Of a stretch of DNA of 64,000 nt, positions 1-13,350 are shown piece after piece. This DNA comes from Ginglymostoma cirratum (taxonomy: Eukaryota). The stretch lies in NCBI GenBank assembly GCA_024137785.1, contig JAHRHZ010000024.1:30932275-30996274 (forward strand). The letters run 5' to 3'. The notes beneath the pieces were generated by a model, which did no database searches, had not been told where the DNA came from, and worked only from the letters and a program-made list of their open reading frames with translations. Position numbers and translations under genes: made by a program. The number at the start of each line of letters is the position of its first letter. The first letter of the stretch is position 1.

Positions 1-851
1 TAATTCACAAAACAAAAACTATTTGAATTTTGTTACATATACACCCTAAGCACATTTAAGAAAATGTCATTAAAAAAACTTGCCTCAAATTTATCTGCAC
101 AACACAAATCTATAGTCTTTAAAAAAATTGTGAGCACTGTCTCAATGTATGAAACAAAAATATCCACACATTTTCTGCACTCTATATTGCAGTATTATTC
201 CTGTTAAAGAAAGATTTTTCTGCTGCATGCAATCAGGTGATGAAATATCTTGACACTATCGCCTTCATAATCTTGAACACCTTGTGAAAACAGGCAATTG
301 AAAAGGAAAGTCAAGATTTGTACTTGAAAAGCTTCTGGTCACATGTCTCAAATGTGTCAATGCCTTTCACAAACGATGCGTTACTTTGAAGTGCTGTGAT
401 TACGCAAGCAAAACAGTCACTCAGTCCACAACATGAATCATCATATCAAAGAAACTGATGACTGGTTAATATATTATAGGTGATGTTGGTTGGAGTAGAA
501 AAATTGTACAGTGCGCTGTAAGAAACTACAGTCTTTCTGGATCAGTGGTGAAAGATCTTTAAAGTCCAACTGAATCAGTTGAACAAACAGTTGCAGATTT
601 TCTTTCATGCTTCAAACAAAGGGCAGTACCTCTGAATATGCAAAACTTGCTCAGTTTCTGTCTTCAAGTCCTGTGCTAAAACTTAAACCTACAACCTTCT
701 GACCAAAAGAGAATACAACTAACTTGTGACATGAACACAACTGTTTACTGCAATGTTATTCTAACTCCAACTATACTTCCTTAAAAGATGGACATATTTA
801 GAACTAAAAAGCGACACCGCACAAAAAAAGTTTACACTCGAACAGACTCAC

Positions 852-1064
852 CTTGATTTACTGATATTGAGAATTTTTTTCCTAAGTAAACAACAGCTGC
901 CACAGCCACCAAATAGTTGATTATAGCACCAATTCGTTGAGGGTAGGCCACAACAAACAATCCAAGTACATCAAAAAATACCATGGCCCCATGGCGATAC
1001 TGAGTTGAGTCAGCCAGTTCTGCAGATGTCGCCAAGTACTGCAGCACAGCTAGTATATTATCAC
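852..1064 (-). CDS. ERMP1: ERMP1 exon 7 ([13 protein letters not shown]...[14 protein letters not shown]...SVNQG); the gene continues past the left edge
   Basis: Translation matches ERMP1/FXNA; acceptor tttgtag, donor GTGAGT; 213 bp, phase 1-1. Confidence 0.95.
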
Positions 1065-3228
1065 CTACAAAGACCATTAGACAATTTAGAATAATGCTTT
1101 AAGTGATTTCAATTACTTCCATTTCCTAATTCTGCGAATAAATAGATATGGCAAGAGGAATCACTTAAAATATAAAGGACAAATTCCAATATTGCTCAAA
1201 GCAGATTTCTCTAAATTGATTTGAACTCTCAACGTATTTTTTTTTAAGGGGAAATGCAGTTATTCCAGTTTAACAGATTGGTGAGGATCAGAGCAACTGT
1301 GCCTGCGTTGGAACGGGCTAGGAATTTGGCAGTTTATCCACTCCCCAAGAATCAAGCACTTCTTGAGTATTGTTGAAAGATGTGATGATTGCCAAGCTTC
1401 TGTATGCCTCGGAGAGGGAACTGGACTTCATGATTATATAAAAGGTAGGTGATTTTATTGGTAACATCTGGCCTATGATATCTCCTGGATCAATTTCAAT
1501 GTCCTGAAAGAAATTCCAGTGTTTTATTTGACTGATTATTGGCCTGGAGTTTTTTTTTAAAAAAACTTCACCCAGAGTTTACATGGGTGTGGGAAAGTAG
1601 GGTAAAGAAGTGGCCAGTCATGATACGGCAGCAAGATATGGGGCAGGCTTGATTAACCATCTGGTCTGTCTTTGCCCACTTTCATATGCTTGCATTTCTT
1701 CAAAGATATCTCGTTTATAGCTCTATCAATATGTCACTATTTTAAAAGTACTTCAAGAGAGCAAACATTTGCAGCATACTCTCCTGCGGTAACAAACTTT
1801 ACCAGTTTTTGCTGTCCTTGTAAATGTTCTGAGTACCGACCATTCCAGGTATCAATCAAAACGTAAACATTTGCAACAGCCACTCATGAAAATTGCTTTT
1901 CTTTTAACTGATTGTTACCTTGAGTCCTCAGGAACAAGTTGCTGTTGAAAACAGATTAAATTTACCATGTCATTACAAGGCCTAACGAGGCATCCTTGGT
2001 CACACTTATCTCAATTGCAGATATTTTGTCATGGGTGAGTATCTGGCTTGAAGCCAAAGGTTGAATGGATTTCCTGGCTATCGTTCAATTTCTGAAATCA
2101 GGCATCTGCAACCAAATCGAACTCCAACAGCTAAGTTTGTGACTGCAAAGTCCCAAAAAACACAACACCAGGGCATGGTACAATTGAATTCATTTCATGG
2201 TGCTTGGGACAAAACATGAATAAAATCTTTCAGTTCCCAGAAAGGAACTCTAACAGATGAGAGATGCCAGTGCAATTTTTAATGTTCAGTGCAATGAATT
2301 CTTATGGGCAGGTTATAAATTAAAAATTAGAATTATTTTGTAGTTTGTGAAAAGTGTTCATATATTACTTTTCTGTCACAAGAACAATATCTAATTTTAT
2401 TTTCCTCTCCCGATAAAGTGATAGTACCACTAAACGGAATGTTGAATGTATGTGAAATTACTATAATTATCATTGCATCATTTAATGGTGCAACTTTCTC
2501 CAGGGAGGAGAATTATCAGTGAACAAACAGTGCTTTGCTGCAATTCATTATTGCACCATTTACACTTAGAGAACTGTTTTCAGTGCACAGCCTTGGAAAG
2601 TATTGACAAGGCAAGCTGCCTGCCATTGGAGAAATTTTGCTGATCAAAAAACGTTTGGGATGGGAAAAAGATTATTCACTTAAAGACTGAAAATAAACTC
2701 TCCACTGCTAAGTAGAAGAGTAAATTTATCATTATAAAAGCAATTAAGTAAAAGTTGACTTTTATTTTTAAATGCACACTGCTTACTATAGCATGGAACC
2801 AAGCCGTGGTAGAGACATAAGCCACAAGTTTGCAAAGATAACCGAATAAATATTTGATTTTAAAAGAAGGGAAAGGGCGGAGAATTGGGTCTAAGTGATT
2901 AGAACTTTTAGAGCCAATAAAGGCCAATATGCCAAAAGATTCTGTACTGTACTTCTGAACTGTAAAATCTTGTTATTCTAAATTAAACTAATCCGTGTTT
3001 ACACTAGGTGGGGTTTAAATGAATCTAATTATCCACAAAGACATAACTGCATGTGAAGTTAAATTCCTCAGATTAAAATTGCAATTGATGGTTCAATAAA
3101 TTAGTATTGCTTCATTACAAATGGTACATATTTTGAAAATTTTGGTTCCAAAGCATACATATTAATTATAACACAAAGTGTTATATAGGATATATAACAC
3201 TGTTCTATAGGATATATAGGATACTGAC

Positions 3229-3321
3229 CAGCCCTCCTTATGGAATCTAGAGGTATCCGATCTGCTGTGTCATACTTTGTGTGATAAATATAACCATTTT
3301 CAATGAAAGCCAAGTCTATTC
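3229..3321 (-). CDS. ERMP1: ERMP1 exon 6 ([23 protein letters not shown]...), containing the last M28 Zn-ligand His
   Basis: YIYHT motif; acceptor ttttacag, donor GTCAGT; 93 bp. Confidence 0.96.
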
Positions 3322-3859
3322 CTGTAAAAGAATACACATCATAACATACTCCCAAGTAGCCCAGTGACACAGTAAACCTTTACATCCTCTCAGAATATAT
3401 AATGCATCCAGCTCTTTAAAAAGAAGAAAACTAACAAGAGTACAATCTAAAATATTTTTACTGCAGTCAAGTTTGGGTTAATGGCACAGTGAGAGTAAAG
3501 GCTTTTCTTTAACTGATTTACATCTAATATTCAGATGACTGTTTTCAAATGAACAGATGAGCACGGAATTCATTACCACAGTAAAACGGTGAGTAGTGAA
3601 ATCTGAATGTTTTACAGCTTCGTCGGTGAAATGTGCAATCCAGGAAAGCAACTGCAGATAAACATACTGCAAACTGACTGAATGAAATACAGTAATTGCT
3701 ACCCTGATCAAATCATCATTCTCAGTAAGTCATGCAAACTCATGAAAGAACATATGGATGCATTTCAGGCCCTGAATGGTGCCTAATCAACCTCAGATTA
3801 ACATTGAAGGTGAAGGTATCTCAAAAGTTTAAGCAATTGGTGAAGCTAGTTATTTTATT

Positions 3860-4490
3860 TAGCTGCTCGCAGTAAACAAACAGGTGCTATCATCCACGAA
3901 CAAGACACCGCCATCAAGCCAAAAAAGATGATGTTCTGCCTAGCATCCAAAAGTGTAACATGACGAGTTTAAATACCAGTGCGTTACCAGGTATGCAGAC
4001 TGTATGACTGGTGGACTCCATCAAACACCAAGTCCCTTTGACTGTCTGCAGCAGGCAGCATGCCAGTTACGTTCAGTCATCCCATGTTTGCAAAACTTAA
4101 TGTCTGGCGTAAAATGTGATTCTGCTAATGGAGAATATTTATTTAATAAGCTAGCCTGTACAGAAAATTATACCGGAAACTAATTTAGGATCTGTGTGCT
4201 TGTGCTGGAAGCTACATATATTGAAACACAGGACTCTATGTAGGCAAAAGGGTTTTTGTGCATAGATTGCACCTTTCTTACTGAGAAAGGGCTATGGAGA
4301 CTTCCAATCCCTGCTGCCTTCTCCATGGCAACATTTACCTGGCTGGTTTGAGGTTAATCAGCCAACTATGGTGCAGCTACCAGCACCCTCTTTGCATACT
4401 GCATCAACACTGTATAAATTGGTGATCCCTTTCGAAGTCCAATTTGTGTTCTAGTCTTGATAAGTGTGTGATGAAAAGCTTTCAATTTAT
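3860..4490 (+). mobile_element. Degenerate Penelope-like GIY-YIG 3' fragment
   Basis: Remnants such as DVLPSIQK and VLEATYIETQ; similar to the copy at 20170-20890; decayed hammerhead near 4453. Confidence 0.65.
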
Positions 4491-4962
4491 GTCCCATTTT
4501 AACAATGATAAAGATATAATGAATATAGGCAAGCTGGAGTCCTGACCACTTCCTTTCACTGAAAGTAATTAAAAATGGTACATTTTTGCCTCAATTTCCT
4601 TAATAACACACGTCGTGTATCTCTAGGATGCTGAGGTGAGTAATGCATTCTTTGGATCGCTAAAAAGGTACGTAACTGCCATCTCAGCAACAAAATGGCC
4701 AGTTGGCATCTCTTGAAGGGGGAATGCGAAATCATAGTTCCTATGTCGGACGGCTCAGAATGGGAACAGTGGGAATGCAATTGCACGCTAGTGCACTAAT
4801 GTGAACTCCTTGACTCAATGTTAGGCATTCAAGATAAATGATTTATTGAAAGGAAATGGAGAAAGGAGGAAGAATGTTTGAAAATGGAATACTTAGGGAT
4901 TCAGAGCGATTTGCAGTGAGTTAACTTTATGTATAAAAACAACACCAAAGAAACATTTGTAC

Positions 4963-5109
4963 CTGGAATGTTGCCGTAGTCCCGATAGATTCGGAAATCG
5001 GTGTCAGACGGAATGATGCCACTCTGAAATACTTCCTGACCAACAACAGATGCAAAAGGATGTTTAGCTGCACGAACATATGCCTGAACCAACCAGGGAT
5101 TCTCTGGAC
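4963..5109 (-). CDS. ERMP1: ERMP1 exon 5 ([11 protein letters not shown]...[18 protein letters not shown])
   Basis: Highly recognisable ERMP1 peptide; acceptor tgaag, donor GTACAA; 147 bp. Confidence 0.96.
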
Positions 5110-5212
5110 CTTCAGGATGTAAAAAGCAATTCTTAGGATCATAGGGAGAAAATACTACACATTCCAGTAACTAAAGGGAGTGAAACCCTCCAGAGTTTAC
5201 TTCAGGCCTTCG

Positions 5213-5770
5213 GAGATAGCAAAAACTGTAGATGCTGGAATCGGAGTCAATATAGTATGGAGCTGGAGGAACATGGCAGGTCAGGTAGCATCAGAGGAGC
5301 AGAAGAGTTGACATTTTGGGCCTAGACCTAGACCCTTCCTCATTTTTGTTTTCTTTATTCATTCACAGGATGAGGGCGTCACTGGCCAGGCAGCATCTAT
5401 TACCCATCCCTAATTGCCCAGAGAGCAGTTAAGAGTCAACTACATTGCTGTGGGTCTGGAGTCACATGTAGGCCAGACCAGGTAAGGATGGCAGCTTCCT
5501 TCCCTAAAGGACATTCGCGAACCAAATGGGTTTTTCCGACAATCGGCAACGTATTCATGGTCATCATTAGATTCTTAATTCCAGGTATTTGTTGAATTCA
5601 AATTCCACCATCTGCCATGACAGGATTTGAACCCGGGTCCCCAGAACATTATCCGAGTCTCTGGATTAACAGTCCAGCGATAATACCACCAGGCCATCAC
5701 CTTCCCCAAATGAAGGGTCTAGTCCCAATCTCCTGCTCCTCTGATGCGTTCCTTTACTTCACACTGTATC
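5213..5770. mobile_element. Fold-back Penelope-terminus element interrupted by a SINE
   Basis: Left arm 5213-5340 and inverted right arm 5711-5770 match the repeated PLE terminus. Confidence 0.7.
5355..5704 (-). mobile_element. tRNA-derived SINE with a LINE-like 3' tail
   Basis: B-box-like GGTTCAAATCC head on the minus strand; tail ...CATCCTGTGAATGAATAA; a second copy lies at about 41657-41960 (+). Confidence 0.8.
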
Positions 5771-5954
5771 GACTTTATTTCATGCTTTATTCATCCAAAG
5801 CTCAACATTACTTGCTAGGAATATAACTTATGTCACAAAGTCTGAGTGATGACATCAAAGCATGGACAGAGGACAGTCAGATCGATTGAAAAGATTTCAT
5901 TATTAATTTGCACAAAATTTGCTTTTCTTCCCTTTTTTACTGGGTCAGTGCTCT

Positions 5955-6345
5955 GCCCTTTGAAATTTAGAAGAGATGAGAGATAATCTTATTGGAATCC
6001 AAGATTCTGAGTGGGTTTAAAAGAGGTGTTGAGAGGATGTTTCCTTTAAGGACAATCTGCATCTAGAGAGGACATCTTAATCAGAGGTCTCCCATTTAAT
6101 ATGAAAGAAAGGTAGAATCTATTTTTTGGGGGTTATGATGTTTGGAATTCTCTTCTCCAGTGAGCAGTGGAGACTCTTATTTCACATATTGGGGGCAGCA
6201 GTAGACAGATTGTTGATCAACAATGAGAGTCAATAACTATGGGGACAGGCAAGGAGATGTTAGGCACAATCAGACCAGCCATGACCTTAGTAAATGTTGC
6301 AGTAGGATAGAAGGCCAAATGTGGTCTGTTCCTTCTATCTCTCGC
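5955..6345 (+). mobile_element. CR1 3' end fragment
   Basis: TTTAGAAGA.TGAGAG.TAATCTTATTG and the CR1 3' UTR pattern. Confidence 0.7.
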
Positions 6346-9300
6346 TCTTAACTTGGATTGCTCTTAATCTCTTGATCTACACCTAGATTCAGCCAAATGA
6401 AGGGGCTAGAGTAGTTCTCCTTGGAGCAGGGAATGCTAAAAGGAGATGAAAACAGAATACACAAAATATTCAGCAAACAATGCAACACCTGTGGAGGAAG
6501 GAATAGGTCAGTGATCTTTCGTCAATAGGTTACAAGAAGATTTGACAAAAGTGCTTAAAAACAGAGAAGAGAATTTCTGGAATAAAAGATTAACTGCTTT
6601 CAGCATCAGAAGGTCAGAGAACAGAGATTTAAAGTAGCTGGCGAAAGAACCAGAGGCATTAAAAAAATCATGAATTATGATGATCTGGAGTTAAATTCAT
6701 GAGTAACTTCCAAAACAGAAATGGATAAACGTTTGAAGGAAAAACAAATACAGAATTGAGAGAAAAAGACGCCAAATGGGGCTGGCTGGATAAGACCAAA
6801 AGGTACAAAAGGTTTCTTCCGGTGCATATCATACTATGAAGATCTTCAAATGCTGAACTGGAGGTGACGGAAATAGAGAGGCTGGGAAACCTTCAGTTTT
6901 TTTGCCAACCACTTTACTACAACAGTGCATAAATACACCTCAAGGTAACTTATGGATTTTTAATATTTTCCATTCTATTCCATTCTCCTAGTGTTTCCAG
7001 CAGGTTGCTTTGAAAGGCAGCAAATTCATGTTTTGTACTACTATAAACTCAGTTGCAAATCCCATTGTATGCTACTACACAACCAATAAAACTTAAACTT
7101 AAATAAGCCAGATATTCATCTCAAGAAATCAAACATTACTAGGACCTCCATATATTTAGTGTTACTGGGTAACTGCATAGAACCAGGTCCACAGTCAATG
7201 TTTTAGATTGCAATGTGAAATGTTGCTTTATTCATTTACAATGCAAGAGCACATGAGGAGCAGTCCCACTTCATATCAATTCCAAAGTTGTGTGAAAATC
7301 CAGATTTAAGCTTTGATCCAACTGCAGTAAAATTGAATAAAGCTTCCTCCTGCAGGGAACATCTCTTGGGGTGTCACAAACCCAATTCCAAATGTACACA
7401 TGAACTTTACCCCCTAGCGTGAAACAAAACTACCTCTCACAAATTCCACCATTGCAGATGCAACTTAAGAGACACTGTTATGAGTACCATATTAATCAGT
7501 AACACTAGGTGCCAACATAATATCCCAGAAACCACTGATAAATTAATTCTGGTGTCAGGAGAAAACCTAAAATGCCCATTTCAGCATCATTATGGCAGCA
7601 CTGCTTCAGCATGGGTTCGTTCAGCTTAATGTACAAATGTCAAAGCTTGACTTGCTGTCATTCTGAAAGACCTATTGATAAACAGCAAGCGCTTTGGCTT
7701 TCTAAGTCATTAATGTTTCAGTCAAGATTTCATGATTATATGTAATATCCCACATCTATTTTATGACAGAATAAAATGGTGCAAGATCCAACCTGTTTCT
7801 ATCAGTATAGGTTGAGCTCAAGCCTAGGCCAAAGTGAACGCATGCTGTGTTACCCACTTGCCTTGTATGATTTTACATCTGTAGCTAGGAGGAAGCATAT
7901 TAGGAATGGGATGCTTTCTTTATCAGGTACCATTTTCCAAACAAATCGCTCAACAATCTCTGCATAGAATCATCACAAATCCCACTTTTAGCTGCAACTG
8001 TACAAGTTATTTAATGCAACACAGTCACGAGCCCATAACACACCATGCAAACAAACAAACAAGATGATGGGATTGGAGGAGTTTTTTTTAAACCAAAAGA
8101 ACTAAATGAAACACAGCGGTTCAGGAAGTGAAATCCAGATGGTAAGATCTATATAGGTGAATATTCTGTTATCAATTGTGAGATGGAAGTAGGTGCACAA
8201 GAGCCAGAGATGGGGTGGGAGGAGGAGGATGGGGAATGGGGCTGCAGGAGATTGTGCAATGAGAATAAGATGAAGTCATGGAGGGCTTTACAAAACAAAA
8301 GCAAGAAAATTTAAGATGGTAAATACAGAAAACCAATATAGGTTCATTTGACCATCGAGCATGCTATAGTGACTTAATGGGGAGAGAATACTTGCAGCTC
8401 AATTTTGAAGTTTGTGGGGTTTAGAAGATAAAAACCCAACAAAAGTGTTGGCGTCATCAAGAATGGAGGTGACCCATGTATATACATGGCTTTAATGGCA
8501 GAAGATATGACTTAATAAAGACTGGAAAATAAGACCAACATTGGGAGCTCCTAATGCTAGCATAGATATCCTACGTTACAACCGCAGCTTAAAGTAGACA
8601 GGCAGCTTGAAGTTAACATACAATCATTATCATACCAATTTTTAATTTCAAATCAGTCCCCACCCTCCAGGGGACAAAAACAGCAAAAACCTCTAACTTT
8701 CTCTGATCAGTCTTCTTAACTGAACCTCATGCAAACTCAATGTAAACAATACAACCCACATCACATTAGCTGTTGGCATTATAAAAACTAAGTCAGTGGG
8801 AACGGGATATCCAGCTGTGGTTCACTTAGGAGGTAACAGTGCCAGCTAAGCAGAAAAACAAATCTACCTACATAGGTCAAAATAATTGCAGTCAAATCGT
8901 AAATTGGAATAACACTTGTTCTCAGATTTCTTGGCCACCTGTGAACCTTTTTTTGCAGCAAATTGTGTTTGCAGCAAACTGATGGGACACAAGATGTTTT
9001 GTTCGTGAACTATATCAGTGTCACACAACTCACATTCAAAGCCTCAGCTTTCCTGACCTTAGCCAGCTGGTCTGATAGAATTAAGAAGTGGAAATAAGGG
9101 AAAGACAAGGTAAAAATGTATTCTGGATAGGAGGGAGAAGCAAGAACAGAAAGTAGCACAAATTAAAGCAGACTGCCAACAGCTATAATTCTTTTTCCGG
9201 TCAAATGGAAAATAATATATACTGATTCATTAGTACGGATAGAGGTGGAAGGGAATCCAAAAGGAAGGGTAAAAACCGACTGCATGAATGAGAACTTTAA

Positions 9301-9431
9301 AAAAAACAGCAGCATATTTCAGGAAGCTCTTCTTGCCTACTGTTTTCCTTGATGTTTCTAATTAAATATAAGACATATAACAGGCATTGTAAAACAACCA
9401 CAGTATCCGCTGCAGACAATAAATTGGTTAC

Positions 9432-9537
9432 CTGTTTGAAAAACAAGCTCCTTCCCTCCTACACCAGCAGCTTCCAGGTTAATAAATGCCCTTATTAGTT
9501 TAACCCAAGGGTGCTGTGTAATAAAGCCATGGCTTGC
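9432..9537 (-). CDS. ERMP1: ERMP1 exon 4 ([36 protein letters not shown])
   Basis: Read manually (not in the ORF track); NLEAAG M28 motif; acceptor tag, donor GTAACC; 106 bp. Confidence 0.96.
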
Positions 9538-9599
9538 CTACCAAAATATAAAACACATACAAGATTGAGCATTTAAGATTAAAAAGATTAGTAACGTAG

Positions 9600-10024
9600 G
9601 AGCAAAAAACTTCAGGTGCTGGAATCTGTACTGAAAACAAAAATGCTGGAGATCACAATGGGTCAGGCAGCATCCACAGAGAGAGAGCAAGCTAACGTTC
9701 GAGTCTAGATGATTGCTCATCAGAGCTGAGCTGAAGTGTGGAAAGGGCAGCATTTATGCTATAGTTCGGCAGGGTGGTGGTAGTGGTGGGGAGAAAAGAT
9801 ATTGCTAGCTCTGATTAAGTGACTGGAATCTGAACTATCAACGTCTTTTTTCCCCACCACCCTCCATCCCACCTAGCCCACCCCCACAAACTATAGCATA
9901 ATGCTGCCTCCTCCACAATTCATTCAGCTCTGATGAACAGTTATCTAGATTCAAAGTTTTAGCTTGCTCTCTCTCAATGGATGCTGTCTGACCCACTGTG
10001 ATCTCAAGCATTTGTGGTTTTCAA
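9600..10024. mobile_element. Palindromic (fold-back) Penelope-terminus element in ERMP1 intron 3
   Basis: Arms of about 180 bp are reverse complements; each arm has a decayed CTGATGA hammerhead. Confidence 0.8.
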
Positions 10025-10087
10025 GGCTAATACTATGTAACTTGTGTGTTGCAAGTATCCCAGTATATCAGTAAGTGCGATACTTAC

Positions 10088-10215
10088 TTGCAAAACATTC
10101 TCTTCTGCTCCATTGAAAAGAAATATGACTGCATGTTGCAGGGGAGTAGACGAATTAGACAGCACATTTAGAACTTCGAGCATTACAGCACAACTGACTG
10201 CGTCATCACTGGCAC
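10088..10215 (-). CDS. ERMP1: ERMP1 exon 3 ([14 protein letters not shown]...[10 protein letters not shown])
   Basis: M28 DD and AEE catalytic motifs; acceptor gacag, donor GTAAGT; 128 bp. Confidence 0.97.
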
Positions 10216-10284
10216 CTGTCAAAAACATGGAACATTGTTCATTTAGTATTAATTTAACATCTGCCAATATGAATTCTGATATAA

Positions 10285-10462
10285 AAACAGAAATTGCTGG
10301 AACAGCTCAGCAGGTCTGGCAGCATCTGTGAAAGGTTCTGAGGAAGGGTCACTGTACACAAAACCTTAACTGATTTCTCTTCACAGTTGCTGCCATACCT
10401 GCTGAGCTTTTCCAGCAATTTCTGTTTTTGCTTCTGATTTACAGCATCCACAGTTCTTTTGG
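10285..10462. mobile_element. Short fold-back Penelope-terminus element
   Basis: AACAGAAATTGCTGGA...TCCAGCAATTTCTGTT inverted arms around a decayed CTGAGGA core. Confidence 0.75.
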
Positions 10463-11734
10463 CTTTTATTATTAATTCTGATATGCTGGCATTTATGCTT
10501 CTCCTAAAAATTAACAGGTAAGATGAAGACATCCTCTATACAGACAACTATTAAAATTCCAGGAATGCTAATATCCTTGATTTTCTTTAACAAAAAGTGA
10601 ATAAACCTATTCACGCAAAAGTTAAAAATAGTAAAATAAGTTCATTTTTAAAATCTTCAATTTTATCCTGATACATGCCTATAGTTACAAGAAGCATCTT
10701 TTAAATGTGATCACGTCTGAATTATTTAAGAGTTTCATTTTCAAAGAATTACATTACGGACCCAGAAAATGATTTTCTGTTTCCTAATCCACTGGTTGCA
10801 TCCCATTTAAACTTCAAAAGGATCTATTCTGCCACACTTTCTGTACAACTCTTGCATCTACTTCATAAATAAGTATCTTTCCCTCACAATTATAACACTG
10901 AGCAGAAACACCCCAATTGGTCTATGAGAAGCAGACAACACCACACATCAGGTAGACTGCTGGAAAAAAAAAATGCTATTTTTGGTTTCAAATAGAAAAA
11001 CATCCAATGGTCTTCTAGAAATTCTACTCCTTACACACCTCAATAGTTCCCTCGGTGGCTTGACATCCAAGCATGGGGCCCTGTCTCTAACACTACATAT
11101 CCATTACTACCTTCCCTCACAATTTAGACATAATTGGTATTTCAGGCGTACAGCCAAGTGCAAATGTCCAGGTCTCCCCCTCTGTTAGCCACACTCCAAA
11201 TCTTTGACACACTAAAGCTACAATCTGATGTCACCTTCAACACAAGGAAGCTGGCTTTAGCAACACAAGCATGGGGAAGTAATCCCATGTGCTCAATTTA
11301 AAGTAATGCCTGCTGGGATCAGCAATTATATAGGGCTCTGGAGGGAGCACAGGGAGTGATTACACTAAATAAGGAACATTATCTCAAGATATGAGTTTTG
11401 TCCTCAAATAACCCTAAAAAGACTACAATTGAGACTTTGGCCCTTCATTTCAAGCAAGATTTCATCACACGAAAGTTTTTTTGAATCTTGCAGCACCATA
11501 TGTGGAACTTTTGTTTGTTTAGTTTCAATCAGCCCTGCAGTCCTGTCTTTTCACATTAGCTGTCAGACAGAAGATCCGAGCCCATTTCAGCTGTCATTGA
11601 CCCACACGTTGCCTTGGGAGAACGTCAAGTTAGAATGTACATACTTGAAATACCAGTTGGAACTGTTATAGATTACTGTATAATTATTTAGGGTGAAGGG
11701 CAGTAGAAAAGCACAGAACAAAAAAAGTCTTTAC

Positions 11735-12033
11735 CTGGACTGTTGGCCACTGAATCAAAATGGCAGTTTGCAAGCACTGCATGTTTTGCTCCTTTCTTTG
11801 GTTCCAGCTTCACAACAACATTGGTAATATTATCATAGTAGCTACTGAAACCTCCAAGAAAATCAATGCTGAAAAAGCCAGTTGGTCTCTGGATATCCAC
11901 TACAATGTTATTTGCTACGGCCTTTCCTTTGATTTCCTGGATCTGTTTTAGCAGGTAGTTCACAGTAAGGATTTCATTAGCAGGGCTCCCAACAGGCCTG
12001 GGTCCAAATTCAGTAATGTGCTGGAGATGCTTT
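11735..12033 (-). CDS. ERMP1: ERMP1 exon 2 ([16 protein letters not shown]...[13 protein letters not shown])
   Basis: HFDS Zn-ligand motif; acceptor ttttcag, donor GTAAAG; 299 bp, phase consistent with its neighbours. Confidence 0.96.
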
Positions 12034-13220
12034 CTGAAAAAAAGAGAGATAAATCAATGTTTTGTCACCTTGCTAAGTAAAACAACTTTATTCTATGTTT
12101 TGAAGAATTAATGTCAATCTTTAGCCTCTTATCCATATACTTCGGCCTTCAAGTCAAAATTCACCAGCCAAGATCTTTATGTTTAGTCATTCCCATCACG
12201 TGTCCAAAATTGAGGCAGACTCCAGCACATTGCACTGTGCTCCAATTTCAAAAGAACACTCCTTTTGTCCAGGTGCAATTTTTACATTCCCCAAAACCAG
12301 TTTTGAGAAAGGCAAATGAGTGCTGTTTGTACTGAAACATGGGCAAAGGTATGAAGGATCTGAATATTCCAATTGTCTTAGATGAATTTCAATCCAAGGT
12401 GCAGAAATAAAAAAAGGTTGCATTCAAGACACAGAAAGCACTTTTAAAAAATGCGGCAATGTTATTCTCAAAATCAAGATAACACTTCCCTCCACTTTTG
12501 TAATTTAAAATGCTGGCACTGGGTTGAAGTTGGCCTTTTCAGGCTCCACATGATTTTCATGAAAGCAGTCACAAGCTGATTTATACCTGATAAGTCAGAA
12601 TAAGAATTGTGACTTGGAGGCTGGAAGTGTTTACATCAGGAAAAGCTGCAATTTGAGTGTATTTGTGTCACCTGTAGTCCAACATGTTCACTGGGTGTTT
12701 GAAGGATTGCAACCCACAGGAGAAAATGTGAACACTGAGATCTATTTCGGAGTGGGTGGGGTATTGGAAAAGAGGGTTGAAAGGCCATAATGCTAATCCA
12801 CATTGCTATATTTACTGTTCTGAGTTTCCAACATCATCTTCCATGAGAATGGGCCTTAAAACCAAACCAAACCAAATCAACACTGGTCACCTCCAACCCA
12901 AGCCTGCCTCGCAACCACAAAAATAGGGCAGGCAGACTCTTTTAGGATGAAGATAGGATTAGGATAATTACTTAACATATGATGTCAGTCTCAAAACAAA
13001 AATCACAGTCTCACTGTAACAGCAGGGATGCAGATAGGAGGAAATGGGCTGAGTAAGTTCCTTTTTCTTCTCAGAGGAGGGCTCAGGTGTAAAACATTGT
13101 GACCCTAAGGCAGTAAATATATTGGGCTAGGAAGTCCGACATAATCCAAATACACAACTTCAGAATCCATGGATTACCAATACAGCACACATTTCAAGCT
13201 AAAACAGACCATAAACTGAA

Positions 13221-13350
13221 TTTCTGAAGAAGGGTCTAGGCCCAAAACGTCAGCCTTCCTACTCCTCTGATGCTGCTTGGCCTGCTGTGTCCATCCAGCT
13301 CTACACCCTGTTATCTCAGATTCTCCAGCATCTGCAGTTCCTACTATCCC
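13221..13350 (+). mobile_element. About 130-bp solo Penelope terminus (hammerhead GAAA mutated to AAAA)
   Basis: Near-identical to 63261-63393. Confidence 0.85.
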
